IMG/VR virus record: IMGVR_UViG_3300007345_000027
Coordinates: 33,090 to 97,089 of that record
Direction: 5' to 3' (one strand)
Length of the DNA: 64,000 nucleotides
DNA from: a virus
The notes under the pieces are model-generated. The model saw only the letters and a list, made by a program, of their open reading frames with translations, had not been told where the DNA came from and did no database searches. The position numbers and the translations under genes were made by a program. Positions 47,401-57,196 of this stretch are shown piece after piece (position 1 is the first letter of the stretch; each line of letters begins with the position of its first letter).

Positions 47401-49760
47401 ATATTGGAAGTGCCGATAAGCCATTTGAAAAAGCATGGATAGGTGAAATTGGAATTGGAACAACGGCCGTTGGTGAAAGTAACATTACTGGAAATAGTAT
47501 TGTTTCTAGAGATGGTTTCCTGTACTTAGATTCTGAAGGTGGAAGAGTTGTAGTTGAAGATACATTAGATGTTTCTGAAAGATTGCTTCTTTCGGGAACA
47601 TCAGACATGACTGGTATTGTAACTATCAGAGCTGGTCTTGTTCCACATTCAAACAAGAGTTGTGGTCTTGCAACGGTTGGAAAAGCATTCAGTCATGCAC
47701 ATATTGGTGATTTAGAAATAGCTTTAGGTACAACAAATGGTGTTACTGAACAAACAATAACCACAAGAACTGGTTCTTTATACCTTTCAGCAAATGCAGC
47801 AACAGATGATGTTGTTTCTGAAAGAGATTTCACCGTACAGAAAAAATTAAAAGTAGATGAAACTTCTGTTCTCACAGGAATAGTTAGTGTTACTAATGGT
47901 ATTTGGCCAACTACAACACTTACAGGAACTCTTGGAACAGATGTTAAACCATTTAAATCTGCATTTATTGGTCAAATCTCTATTGGAGCAACTGATACTG
48001 GAATAGATGGTGGTGATGGTGCTAATGTAATTACAACAGAAGAAGCAAATACGAGATTATTCTTGGACTCTACTGCTGGAACAGTCCAAATAAGGGATAA
48101 TCTTGAAGTTGATGGAACATCAAAATTTGATCAACAAGTAGACTTTAGAGCTAATGCTATTGTTCATACACAAATTCTACCCGATGCAGATAAAGGTGCT
48201 TCACTTGGTGCAGCAGATAAAGCATTTAGTCAAGGACACTTTGGCAATATTAGTATTGCTGGTGGTGTAGATACTCAAAATGATGATGATAACTTAATCT
48301 ATGCTACAGATAATGAGTTAAAACTTGATGCTGCTAATGGAAAAGTTGATATTTTAAATGATCTTGAAGTTAGTAGAAATGCTGATTTTGTAAATGAATC
48401 TGGATTTACAACATTCAGAGGATCAGTTTATTTTAGAAATGCAATTCTCCCACTTGCTAATGAAGGTAGTGGACTTGGTAATGAAGATCTAGCTTTTAAT
48501 GATGCATACATTGATGAAATTATCATTGATGAAAATAAAATTAGATCGAGAGTGGATGGAGAAGGTATTGGTCAAAATTTAAGACTGGAACCATCTAGTG
48601 GTATTGTTGATATTCAATATGATGCTACACTTGGTAGAGATCTTAGTGTAACAGGAATTACTACATTAACTGGTGATGTTAACTTTGATGGTAACTTGAT
48701 ACCAGTAACTGATAGTTCAATAATAGGAACTGCAAATACTGCATTTGGAGCAGCATATATTGATGATATAGTATTGGATGGACATAAACTTTCCGTTGCT
48801 ACTGCTGATACAAATCTTGAACTTCAAGCAGGAAGTGGAACAGGTGTAATTGATTTCAAATCAGAAGTTGAACTTAGTAGTGCAAAACTGACAGGTAATA
48901 TAACATTAGAGAATTCTACTCTATATGTTAACAATGCCTCAGAACAAGCACAAATTACACTTTCTCCAACTGCTGTAGATATTAAGCAAGATGTAACTAT
49001 ATCAGATACTTTATCTGTAGAAAAAGTAACCATTACTGGATTGGATGGTACTAATGTTAGAACTGCTGCATTCTTACAAGTTGGAGCATCAAATGCTACA
49101 CTTGCAAGTAGCAGTAAAACAACTGGAGCTTTAGTAGTTTATGGTGGAGCAGGTATTAATGGAACAGTATATGCATCCAATATTAATGCTTCAACTTCAC
49201 AATCAACTCTTCATTCATTATCAGTTACCAATAGTGGTTCATACGATGGTAATTTGACTGTTAATGGCACATTAGTTGCAAATGGAGGTATTACTGGTAC
49301 TGTTCAATTTGCTAATAGAGCAACTAATGTTGCGGGTGGAGCAGCAGGAAGAATACTTTATCAATCAGGATCGAATGTAACAACTAATAGTGCCAGTTTA
49401 GTATTCTATACCAGTGGATCAACAAAAGAATTACGTGTTGGTGGTGATATTGTTGCATTCTATAGTTCAGATGAAAGATTCAAGGATAATATCAAGAAAA
49501 TTGATAATCCTTTAGAGAAAGTTCTTTCTATTGGTGGATACACATTTGATTGGAATGAAAAATCTGGTAAAAAAGATTATGGTTCAGAAACAGGTGTTAT
49601 TGCACAAGAAATTGAAAAACTTGGATTACCTGGAGTAGTTGAAACCAGAGAAGATGGTCATCTTGCAGTTCGTTATGACAAACTTGTTCCACTGTTAATT
49701 GAGTCAATTAAAGAACTCAACAATAAAGTTGAGGAATTACAAAATCGATTCGATAAATAA
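41448..49760 (+). CDS. giant (2770 aa) tail fibre / virion structural protein with C-terminal peptidase S74 chaperone
   Basis: MPLNKLENF..N.EGRILYV...PFKTIQRALIESAR N-terminus typical of cyanomyovirus fibre proteins; ~70-aa shaft repeats; SSDERFKDNI...GVIAQEIE...VRYDKLVPLLIESIKEL. Confidence 0.85.
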   Translation: MPLNKLENFIKNYEGRILYVNSNDLDATDSVTNQGNSLAKPFKTIQRALIESARFSFVPGENNDKNDRTTILVFPGDHIIDNRPGWGILDGGVALANAKSPSGAVVSPASNIFDLSLQTNFDLTQEDNALYKFNSVNGGVVIPRGTSIVGLDLRKTKIKPKYVPNPTDDSVPTASIFRVTGNCFFWNFSFFDADSSEEVYTDNQVFTEVSGNKALPTFSHHKLTCFEYCDGVNIPTGYEQTDLDMYYAKLSNAFNQASDREIPESQKFPLLPEGFSKIRSEWEIVGAFATDPVQITDIFSGDRATANSTVTVTTNVPHGFSVDTPITIRGVNVFDYNISTVVQTVPSPTTFTYQIQAVRNDLSADPGGDASVIIDTDTVKGSSPYIFNCSLRSVWGMNGMHADGSKASGFRSMVVAQFTAISLQKDDRAFVKYDPFSKTYLGVPRTGEDGYENSKGAELSSGSAQTDPSRVYHLDADAIYRRGWETSHIRMSNDSIIQVVSVFAIGFNKHFVAESGGDASITNSNSNFGQIALSAEGFKKESFSKDNYGYITSIITPKSIKRVEQSTDWLTIDIDKTTNIGISSHLYLFGFTTLDNPPPSLVSGAKVGAREDENLNLILPGIAQTLTSGKILMTDNVVTPTQLWSEGTTSSVKEYQISQYAQAPDYQTIVTSKIHNIQTGEKIVFVSDTGELPDNIEQGVVYYAIRGAGVQSSQLKVATSLTNAINGVAIKVNGGANLRVLSRVIDKDSGDFGHPIQFDENNSNWFIHVDAANTIYTNVVDGGQVAFDNEPRTNSTFVNRIPDPRSLDERLYKVRIVVPKEAPNAKSPAEGFVIQETSKTAALENSEFTLSNIGLNNFDYKRNYRYIANITEATDVVTVTTEVPHSLKLGDRVLIKKVKSTENTTGLDNKGYNGDFIVTGITNHKQFTYSTTDINGIEHNVGVFTQPTVRDNNLPFYERNDLQSNLYIYRVETITPYSFNAQDGVYHAYVLKADRAIPNHFTDYKYSQNVVDLYPQQDRDNIDENPSAAFSYAKNSPLGDVVTNDLKKSITREALDTLIKDLGGALTIDSVGTFDSAQGTIEITFDREHGFNGINGYTTITGNTGNSFAEGTSYNVRLLNQNALWNGATATVTVNQGQGNISSLEISDHGCGYTNNQILSVEGFSPVTITVTDSCISKSENDILEISGIGTASDNLLRIASVTDTTTVAVARTSGDPIIVTGQYATQVGPSTITKEVQFDSSVGITTFIFEHGHMMSVGNKFKIVNDDIADSYNVGDFFVKEVVGVHTFTATTTNSIGTGNTHRIMRYAFNANDALSNASNENIGSRGHHIYDGDYAILKEDVSAIDSSGTATFAIETANAGIGTVTRFDLGSYILINSEIMRISSDSLSGSGNDKVTAIRGYFGTTKDNHKEGALIKKIKVMPIELRRPSILRASGHTFEYLGFGPGNYSTGLPQIQVKTLTDREDYLAQSQERSGGSALYTGMNSDGDFFIGNTKLNAQSGEEESFDIPVATVTGQDPSRLSVLYDEAIIRERIVVEGGKSKQILSQFDGPVNFSENVIYNSEQVKVNALLVTSGLVRFNNITESESNSTGSVVMRGGLGVLKNLNVGGNLVVTGITTFDGDVTFNKGLIPESIESAYIGTEGRPWSQAWIGGIGIATEGVPGGTEPEDRLINGWTGDLLLTSSAGIVSVTDDLTVGNYLLVKENSGFTGVATFGSDLLPAIAAPNTADGREDDDVGVGIGSTGIAFRDAHIGAVQVGYSSVNTIDTSASDLILDSSTDEVYVDSNLTVNKVLTVIEGSTFTQEAIFDQNILPRNDDPALNSSVGSNQKRWSAAYIDAVEIGVGKTNQIYGGHNSDLILDSDTNKVHVESRLFVDNDSEFSGIVTVKKSIQPNSSAGEGACGIGSTDRRFTEAFIDDIQIGWNGTAEIDTRTGNLTLDSEGGTVEVDDHLDVNETLNVDGQSEFTGIVTFKAGILPDVEDGAYIGSADKPFEKAWIGEIGIGTTAVGESNITGNSIVSRDGFLYLDSEGGRVVVEDTLDVSERLLLSGTSDMTGIVTIRAGLVPHSNKSCGLATVGKAFSHAHIGDLEIALGTTNGVTEQTITTRTGSLYLSANAATDDVVSERDFTVQKKLKVDETSVLTGIVSVTNGIWPTTTLTGTLGTDVKPFKSAFIGQISIGATDTGIDGGDGANVITTEEANTRLFLDSTAGTVQIRDNLEVDGTSKFDQQVDFRANAIVHTQILPDADKGASLGAADKAFSQGHFGNISIAGGVDTQNDDDNLIYATDNELKLDAANGKVDILNDLEVSRNADFVNESGFTTFRGSVYFRNAILPLANEGSGLGNEDLAFNDAYIDEIIIDENKIRSRVDGEGIGQNLRLEPSSGIVDIQYDATLGRDLSVTGITTLTGDVNFDGNLIPVTDSSIIGTANTAFGAAYIDDIVLDGHKLSVATADTNLELQAGSGTGVIDFKSEVELSSAKLTGNITLENSTLYVNNASEQAQITLSPTAVDIKQDVTISDTLSVEKVTITGLDGTNVRTAAFLQVGASNATLASSSKTTGALVVYGGAGINGTVYASNINASTSQSTLHSLSVTNSGSYDGNLTVNGTLVANGGITGTVQFANRATNVAGGAAGRILYQSGSNVTTNSASLVFYTSGSTKELRVGGDIVAFYSSDERFKDNIKKIDNPLEKVLSIGGYTFDWNEKSGKKDYGSETGVIAQEIEKLGLPGVVETREDGHLAVRYDKLVPLLIESIKELNNKVEELQNRFDK

Positions 49761-49789
49761 CTAAAACGGATTAGCAGCTAAATCTAGAA

Positions 49790-52700
49790 ATGCCAAATTA
49801 TAATAAGTCATTTAACTTTAGAAATGGCGTCCAGGTTGATGAAGATAACTTTTTCGTTAATTCAACGGGAAATATTGGAATAGGGACCACTATTCCAAGA
49901 TCAACACTGGACTTGCGTGGTGATTTAACAGTAAGTGGTTTTACAACATCAGCAACCTCTTATAGCGGAATTGGATCATTTGGAACTTTATTTTTAGGTA
50001 GTGACATTCAACTGGATTCCGAATCTGGTATTATCACTGCTGCTAGTTTCTATGGAGATGGATCTACTTTAGATAACTTACCAGGATCTAAATGGATATC
50101 AGTAGATCCTCAAAATGCTAGTGATGCCATTTATTCAACAGCTGCGGGAGATGGTGTTGTTGGTGTGGCAACAACAAATCCATCACCAACTAAAAGATAT
50201 GCATTTCAGGTTGGTGAAGAACCAGAAGATGCTGATCCAAATATAATATTATCTGGTGGTGTTGGAATTACTTCCAATGGATATATTAATGCAACTGGTA
50301 TTATAACAGCAACTGAAGGATTTAGTGGACCAGGGGGACAAATTACTGGTATTAATGCTAGTAATGTTGCGTCTGGAACACTGAATACTGCAGTTTTACC
50401 AACTCAAATCAATATAGTCGGTGTAGCAACTATTAGTGATGTTGTTGTTGGTAATGGAGCAACAGTTGCTGGTGTATCTACATTTACAGATCAAGGATTA
50501 ACTGCAAAGAATGTAACCGCTGCCGCATTTACTGGAGGAACAATATATTCAGATTCGGTAGTAACAATTGATCAGACAACTGGATATATTAATTTTACAA
50601 ATGGTGGTGGTATTAGAGTTTCTGATCAAGTTGGTGCTGGTGGCAGCTTCTTAGTTGCAGATTCAACTGGTGGACTTGTTTGGGCTAGTGATTTAACTCT
50701 TGGTGGTATTGCAACAGTAGGATTTTTAACAGCTAGACAAATATTTTCAAGAGGAATTACTACTACGAGTACTCTTGATGTTACAACTAGTGCAGATATT
50801 GCAACTCTGAATGTAGGAAAGATAGTTTCTAACATACCAGCACAAACAAATGAAATTACTAGAATTACTTCTGGTATAATTACTACAACTGATTTTAATG
50901 CAACTACTTCCGATATTGGTGTAGGAGAAGGAACATCTCTTGATTTAGAAAGATTGGATGTTAGTGGCATTGGAACTGTTGCAAATTTACATGCAGGTAA
51001 TATTAGAATTAATGTAGAAACTGATAAAATAACTTCAGAATCAACATCTCTTCAAATTGGAGGAGAAGATGATACTGTAACTGTTGGTAATGATCTCGTA
51101 GTTAGTGGTACATCTAAATTTACAGGTATTGCAACATTTGGGGCAGGCATAGCAGCAAATACAAACAATACTGGTAGTATTGGTGCAGAAGGAAAGTCAT
51201 TTGGAGAAGCATTTATAGGATCTATTGGTATTGCCACAGATAATGATACCAAAATTGATACTTTAACTGGAGACTTAAATCTTGACGCAGATAGTGGAAA
51301 AGTAAATGTTAAGGTTTCTTTAGAGGTTGATAAGTCTCTTATTGTAGAGGAAACATCAAGATTTACTGGAATATCTTCTTATGAAGCAGATTTAATTCCT
51401 TTCAGTAATCAAGGTGCTTCTTTAGGATCTTCTACCAATAAGTTTGGTGCAGCACATATTGATAATATTACAATAGGTGAAACAGATGCTCAAGAGATAA
51501 AAACTTCTACTGGAGATTTAAAACTATCTACAGCAAATGCAGGTAAAGTATCAATTAGTACAAATACTACAATTGATTATCAATTAACCACCAAAAATTT
51601 AACTGTTAGTGCAGCTTCTAGTATTGGTGGTGATATTGTTCCAATTGAAGGAACAGATCCTGCACCAAATTTGGGTGCGAGTGGAAGAATTTTTGGTTCT
51701 GCATATATTGGTAATACTAAAATTGGTGCATCAGATCAGAACACAATAGATACGTCTTCTGGAGCTTTAAATTTAGATGCTAATAGTAATTTGGTTCATG
51801 TAAAATCTAACTTGGAAGTTGATAATCACTTACAAGTTGATCAGGGTGCTACTTTATCTGGAATTTCAACAATTGTTACTGGATTAAAGGCAGATAGTGA
51901 TAAAGGTGCATATATTGGCGCATCAGATAAAGCTTTTAGTGCAGCATATATTAATGAATTAACAATTGGTGTTTCTGGAAATACTGGTTTAGTTAGTACG
52001 AGAACTGGTGATTTAACATTAGATTCATTTAGTGGAACGACTGATATTAAAGGAGACGTAACTGTAGCTGGAGAACTTACCGTTAGTGGACTATCAACAT
52101 CAAGTGTTAACGGTGATCTTGAAGTAAATGGGGATGTTTTTCCAAAACTTAATACAGATGTTAGTATTGGAAAAACAACAAAGAGATATGCAGCAGCATA
52201 TATTGATGATATCCAAATTGGACACAGTGGTCAAGGAACAATTGATACAAGAACTGGCAATCTTACGTTAGATGCTCAGGGTGGTACCGTAGATTTAAAT
52301 GCCAATTTAGATGTACAGGATCGTCTTATTGTTGGTGGATCTGCTGATATATCAGGTATTACAACTTTTAGGTCAAAAATTCTTCCCAACACAGATGCTT
52401 CGAGTGATACAACACTTGGAGCATCAGATAAAGCGATTGGAAAGGCATATGTTGGTGATGTACAAATTGCAGATAATACTGCAAATGTTATTAATACGAG
52501 ATCTGGTAATTTAGTTTTAGATTCTACTGGTGGTACTGTTAATATACAAGATCAATTAGATGTAGATGAACATGCAACATTTGATAAAGGAATAACAGTT
52601 ACTGGAGTTTCTACATATACGGGTAATTTATTAGCATCCACAGATGAAGGTGCTAATATTGGTTCTCCAACAAAAAGATTTAATGAGGGATATTTCTCTA

Positions 52701-54883
52701 ATCTAACTCTTGGTGTTGATGGTGAACATATACTTGGATCTACAGTAGTTAATCTTGGAATAGGAACTGTTGGAAATATGGTTTCTGTTGGTGGAACATT
52801 AACAGTAACTGGAAAATTAACTGCAAATGTAGAAAGTAATTTAGGTGGTAAAACTGAATTTGGCACTGGTTTAGTTCCAACTTCTGATGTTGGAAGTTAT
52901 ATTGGAACTACTGGAAAGAGATTCTCCGAAGCTCACATTGGAAATATAAAAATTGCTCAAACAGATGACCAAACAATTTCAACTAAATCTGGTGAATTAA
53001 AACTCACATCAACAGGTGTTGCTGCAACAACTAGAGTTCTTAATAATTTAACTGTTGATAAAACTTTAACTGTTACTGAATTATCAAAATTTAGTGGAAT
53101 TGGATCATTTGTTGATGGATTAATACCAACAGCATCAAAGGGAGCTTACTTAGGATTAACTGGTTTTGAGTGGTCGGAAGCTCATGTGGATGATATTACA
53201 CTTGGTGTTGATTCACCAACAACAATTAATACTATACAATCAGATTTAGTTTTAGATGCAAATACTAATCTTGTTGTAGTAAATGCTAAACTTTCAGTTG
53301 GATCTGGATTAACAGTCAGTGGTGATATTGATGCTGGTCCACTTTATGTAGATGATACTAATAATCGAATTGGTGTTGGAACAACAGCACCAACAGTAGA
53401 TTTAGAAGTTTTTGCAGATGGAAATGATTCCACTTTACGAATCAATTCTTTAGACGATAGTTCATCTCCGATTTTGAGTTTAAAATCTGGATCTAAAGAA
53501 GCAGTATTGAAAATGAATGATGATGGTAATAGTGAATTACTGATATCAAATACAACTACTGGTCCAATCATAATAAATCTTGAGGATAATACAATTAATG
53601 GTATCAATACTGGTAATTTTGTATTGAGACATAAAACAGATGATTTGCTGACTGTAACATATGAGGGATCGGTTGGTATTGGAAGTGATATACCTAAAGA
53701 AACATTTGATGTTGTTGGTACATCAACTGTTTCTGGTAATTCTTTCGTTGGTGGTAATTTAGAAGTTGATGGTGATATTAGTTTTAATGGTACACTTAAC
53801 TATACTGTCCCAGATGGTGAAAACTTAAGTCTTGGTATTGTAACAACAGGCAGACTTAGAGTCGGTTCATCAGGTACGTTTACCGCAGAATCTGCAGCAT
53901 ATTTTGAAGATGATATTTTCTTACATGAAAATGCATCTATAAGGTCACGTGTAACTGGTGCTGCCGTTTCTATCAGTCAATTAAGAGTTTTAAATGACTC
54001 GGAATTCACTGGTGTATCTACATTTAGTGCTGAAATAAATGTATTTAATAACTCATCTATTATATTATACAATGATGCAACAGTTGCAGCTGCTACAACC
54101 TTTGTATCAATAGAACCAAATAGAATTGGTGTTGAAGAACTAGTTGCAACTGAAGTAGATTCTACATTAGTTACTGCTGATAGTATTCAGGTTGGAATCA
54201 CAACTATTTCCGAATATGTTGATTTAAATGGTGATCTTGAAGTAAGTGGTATTGTTACCACTACAGGTACTAGAGTTTCTTTGGGTGGAACAATATATGG
54301 ACCTGATGGTGAATTGTTTATTGGTGGTTCAAACACTGTTCAACCATTTGTTGGAATTGGAACCACTACAAAAATCAATGCAGTAAATTTATATAATGAT
54401 AAACTTTCACTCTTAGGAAATTTAATCGTTGGTGTAGGAACAACAGCTGTTGATGCTAATAGTGAAACATATAGTGCTCCTCTTGGATCTCCTGTAGATG
54501 TTTTAGGTGGTGGATTTAGTATTCTTGATAAAAATATCTATACTCAGAATTCAAATATTTTCCTTGATATTGGAACAAAAATAGAATTTAGAAACAACAC
54601 AAATCATAATGTGAGATCTATACTTGATAGGTATGGACATGTGATGCTTGGTATTGGAACAAATAATCCAGCTGGTGCTGTTGATTTTAGATTTGCTGGA
54701 CATGGTGTTAACGATAGTGCTGTTGGTGCTTATGCTAATGAAGTCAGATATATGTTACCACCACAAGTTGATGATGATACAGCAAGAGCAGGATTATCTA
54801 CTGTTGCTGGAGCGATGATATTTAATGTTGGTGCTGGTAAACATCAAGCATACGACGGATCTACATGGCATGATCTTTATTGA
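49790..54883 (+). CDS. large (1697 aa) tail fibre-like virion protein
   Basis: KSFNFRNGVQVD, GNIGIGTT.P, the same ~70-aa shaft repeats as the upstream gene, C-terminal GAMIFN...QAYDGSTWHDLY. Confidence 0.8.
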   Translation: MPNYNKSFNFRNGVQVDEDNFFVNSTGNIGIGTTIPRSTLDLRGDLTVSGFTTSATSYSGIGSFGTLFLGSDIQLDSESGIITAASFYGDGSTLDNLPGSKWISVDPQNASDAIYSTAAGDGVVGVATTNPSPTKRYAFQVGEEPEDADPNIILSGGVGITSNGYINATGIITATEGFSGPGGQITGINASNVASGTLNTAVLPTQINIVGVATISDVVVGNGATVAGVSTFTDQGLTAKNVTAAAFTGGTIYSDSVVTIDQTTGYINFTNGGGIRVSDQVGAGGSFLVADSTGGLVWASDLTLGGIATVGFLTARQIFSRGITTTSTLDVTTSADIATLNVGKIVSNIPAQTNEITRITSGIITTTDFNATTSDIGVGEGTSLDLERLDVSGIGTVANLHAGNIRINVETDKITSESTSLQIGGEDDTVTVGNDLVVSGTSKFTGIATFGAGIAANTNNTGSIGAEGKSFGEAFIGSIGIATDNDTKIDTLTGDLNLDADSGKVNVKVSLEVDKSLIVEETSRFTGISSYEADLIPFSNQGASLGSSTNKFGAAHIDNITIGETDAQEIKTSTGDLKLSTANAGKVSISTNTTIDYQLTTKNLTVSAASSIGGDIVPIEGTDPAPNLGASGRIFGSAYIGNTKIGASDQNTIDTSSGALNLDANSNLVHVKSNLEVDNHLQVDQGATLSGISTIVTGLKADSDKGAYIGASDKAFSAAYINELTIGVSGNTGLVSTRTGDLTLDSFSGTTDIKGDVTVAGELTVSGLSTSSVNGDLEVNGDVFPKLNTDVSIGKTTKRYAAAYIDDIQIGHSGQGTIDTRTGNLTLDAQGGTVDLNANLDVQDRLIVGGSADISGITTFRSKILPNTDASSDTTLGASDKAIGKAYVGDVQIADNTANVINTRSGNLVLDSTGGTVNIQDQLDVDEHATFDKGITVTGVSTYTGNLLASTDEGANIGSPTKRFNEGYFSNLTLGVDGEHILGSTVVNLGIGTVGNMVSVGGTLTVTGKLTANVESNLGGKTEFGTGLVPTSDVGSYIGTTGKRFSEAHIGNIKIAQTDDQTISTKSGELKLTSTGVAATTRVLNNLTVDKTLTVTELSKFSGIGSFVDGLIPTASKGAYLGLTGFEWSEAHVDDITLGVDSPTTINTIQSDLVLDANTNLVVVNAKLSVGSGLTVSGDIDAGPLYVDDTNNRIGVGTTAPTVDLEVFADGNDSTLRINSLDDSSSPILSLKSGSKEAVLKMNDDGNSELLISNTTTGPIIINLEDNTINGINTGNFVLRHKTDDLLTVTYEGSVGIGSDIPKETFDVVGTSTVSGNSFVGGNLEVDGDISFNGTLNYTVPDGENLSLGIVTTGRLRVGSSGTFTAESAAYFEDDIFLHENASIRSRVTGAAVSISQLRVLNDSEFTGVSTFSAEINVFNNSSIILYNDATVAAATTFVSIEPNRIGVEELVATEVDSTLVTADSIQVGITTISEYVDLNGDLEVSGIVTTTGTRVSLGGTIYGPDGELFIGGSNTVQPFVGIGTTTKINAVNLYNDKLSLLGNLIVGVGTTAVDANSETYSAPLGSPVDVLGGGFSILDKNIYTQNSNIFLDIGTKIEFRNNTNHNVRSILDRYGHVMLGIGTNNPAGAVDFRFAGHGVNDSAVGAYANEVRYMLPPQVDDDTARAGLSTVAGAMIFNVGAGKHQAYDGSTWHDLY

Positions 54884-54892
54884 TAAAGGGGC

Positions 54893-54921
54893 TTGACAAG
54901 GTGCTCTACCGTTGCTAGAGT
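54893..54921 (+). promoter_or_regulatory. sigma70-type promoter
   Basis: TTGACA (54893-54898), 17 nt, TAGAGT (54916-54921) with extended TG. Confidence 0.65.
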
Positions 54922-54968
54922 GCCTTTGTTAAGGTTAAAGAGAAAGCTTTAGCTTTAATTAAATTCTT

Positions 54969-55005
54969 AAAGGGAGACCGTTTGGTTTCCCTTTTCTGCT
55001 ATGAT
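54969..55005 (+). promoter_or_regulatory. stem-loop fused to an extended -10 element (terminator/early promoter cassette)
   Basis: AAAGGGAGACC-GTTT-GGTTTCCCTTT followed immediately by TCTGCTATGAT. Confidence 0.6.
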
Positions 55006-55036
55006 AACCCTATTCTGAGTTCCTAGAAGACTCCCA

Positions 55037-57196
55037 ATGGCAACGAACATTTATTTTATTGGTCAAAAAGATAAACCTAACTGGTTTGGTGTTGGTGAGA
55101 CTAAAGGTCCTCTGATGATTGAGGAGTATGGTATTCCTCGTCGTGGTTCTGATTACAACAAGTCAAGAGATGCTTGTGTTGTCTATACTGAAATATCTTT
55201 TTGGAAAAACGTTTCAACTCGTAATGATATTGATGTAAAGCATGACAAAATAATTCATGATTGGTTGGAAACTATTCCTGGTATTACCAAAGTAGGCACA
55301 GAATCATTTATAATTAACGCATATGGTTTGGGTATTGGTCTGACCCATGAAAAGATTGCTTATATGATTGAGCAGGAGTTTTTCCCCAAAACACCTAAGA
55401 CCAAGAAAGATCTGACTCTCAAAAAGCATCAGCAAGAGTTTGTCAATAAAATCCTCTCTACTTGGGAAGAGTGGAAAGAGTTTCTGCTGTTTGCTAAGTG
55501 CCGTGCTGGTAAATCCATTATGGTTTTGTCGGCAATTGCACGCAAAGGTGTCAAGGTAAGTCTGATTGTTTCTCGTTATACTTCTCCTATTCAATCTTGG
55601 CGAGAAGATAGTAGGAACTTTTCGGAGTATAACGATCTTGTATTCATCAACCTTGCAGATAAAAACTATCTGGAAGAGATTGAATATTGGTACAATACTG
55701 ACAAACAACTTGTCCTGTGGACCACGGTTCAGGGTAACAATCGCTGGAACAAGATTCCATGTGATGTAGATCTGATCGTCTATGATGAGGCACACCAAGG
55801 TTACAATTCAACTCAATTTAAGAAACTCCGTAAGAAGTTTGATTGTCAGGTTCTGTATGTAACTGGCACTGCTTTTGATATAGTTTGGGACTTTTCAGAG
55901 TCCAATTCTTTCAAGTACTCTTACTTTGAAGAGCAACTGGATAAGAAACTGGGTTTGAACAATGCCCCTTCTATGAGAGTTATTCTTGCAAAGTACGATA
56001 CTGATGCATACAAGAAACTGTATGGAGATGATCCAGATGCAATGAAGAACCTCTTCTGTATGAATGAAGATGGGTCTGATTTCGTGCAACCTTCTTTGGT
56101 TCAAGATTTTTATGCAACTTATTTTGCAGATCAGAAACATTTGAAACCGAATGATCGTCTTCTTAATGGTAAGTTCCACATCTATATGGCACTTCCTTCA
56201 GTAGCAGCATGTCATGCTTCGGTCAAGTATTTGGAGAAGACTAAGTTTGCCCCTCTGGTTGTAACTGGAGATACGAAAGAAGATTCTGACACAATTAGAA
56301 AGCACGTTGTAGAAAACGAATACACCATTATTCTGACTGTTTCTGCTAATGTTCTTGGTGTTACTATTCCTGAAATTGATACTGTTATCAATGCTAGCGA
56401 AGGTGAATCCATCAACTTTTGGACTCAATTTGCTTTCCGTGGTGGATCGTCTGATCGTGATTGGGATGTAATCGATTTCTGCCCTCAGCGATGCCTTAAA
56501 ACCCTTCGTGAGATTTTTATTGCTGCGTGTGAAAACAATCCAATGATTGCAGAGTACATTATGCTCGATTTCATTCCTATCATTGAGTGGTCGAATGGTT
56601 TTGAGACTATGACTCAAGATCAGGTCGCTTCTATTCTTGCTTCCGATGTCACTAACACCATCTCTCTGATTTCTAACATCGTGAACAGCATGAATATGGA
56701 CAAACTTGCAAATTGCCAATTCAATTTGTCTCTCCTTTCTAAGGAAAAGAACAATGGTAGTAAGCGAGAGGTGAATGACAATGGTGCTAACGGTAAAGGA
56801 AATATCCAACGTGACGGTGAATCTTCCGAAAAGCAAGATAACTCAATTATTCTTACTAAAAAGGAAACCATTCGTGCAATCTTGGGGAGAGTTCCTCTTG
56901 CAATCTATCACTGCATTAAGAGTGGTGTTGTTCCAAACAGCATTCACAGTCTGATCAACTCAGATCACTACATTTACAATACTCTTGATACAGAAAAAAT
57001 CATTGAGCAACTGATTTTCGAAGAAGTTATTGATGCAAAGTCATTCTCTTTTCGAATTAATCAAGTAGTCATTGATATTCAACACTCTATCAATATTGAT
57101 GAGTGTAAGACACTTGAGAAACTGTCCTGCTCTCGTCAGAATCAGCAGTCGATGCCTGTAGAATTGGTAGAATCTCTGTTGGATATCTCCCTGTGA
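55037..57196 (+). CDS. SF2 (ResIII-like) helicase with degenerate GIY-YIG/T5orf172-like N-terminus; restriction-subunit-like
   Basis: Q motif LKKHQQ, Walker A variant AKCRAGKS, DEAH, VTGT, GVTIPE, QFAFRG; N-terminal IYFIG...GVGET...DKIIH..L...GTESF. Confidence 0.75.
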   Translation: MATNIYFIGQKDKPNWFGVGETKGPLMIEEYGIPRRGSDYNKSRDACVVYTEISFWKNVSTRNDIDVKHDKIIHDWLETIPGITKVGTESFIINAYGLGIGLTHEKIAYMIEQEFFPKTPKTKKDLTLKKHQQEFVNKILSTWEEWKEFLLFAKCRAGKSIMVLSAIARKGVKVSLIVSRYTSPIQSWREDSRNFSEYNDLVFINLADKNYLEEIEYWYNTDKQLVLWTTVQGNNRWNKIPCDVDLIVYDEAHQGYNSTQFKKLRKKFDCQVLYVTGTAFDIVWDFSESNSFKYSYFEEQLDKKLGLNNAPSMRVILAKYDTDAYKKLYGDDPDAMKNLFCMNEDGSDFVQPSLVQDFYATYFADQKHLKPNDRLLNGKFHIYMALPSVAACHASVKYLEKTKFAPLVVTGDTKEDSDTIRKHVVENEYTIILTVSANVLGVTIPEIDTVINASEGESINFWTQFAFRGGSSDRDWDVIDFCPQRCLKTLREIFIAACENNPMIAEYIMLDFIPIIEWSNGFETMTQDQVASILASDVTNTISLISNIVNSMNMDKLANCQFNLSLLSKEKNNGSKREVNDNGANGKGNIQRDGESSEKQDNSIILTKKETIRAILGRVPLAIYHCIKSGVVPNSIHSLINSDHYIYNTLDTEKIIEQLIFEEVIDAKSFSFRINQVVIDIQHSINIDECKTLEKLSCSRQNQQSMPVELVESLLDISL

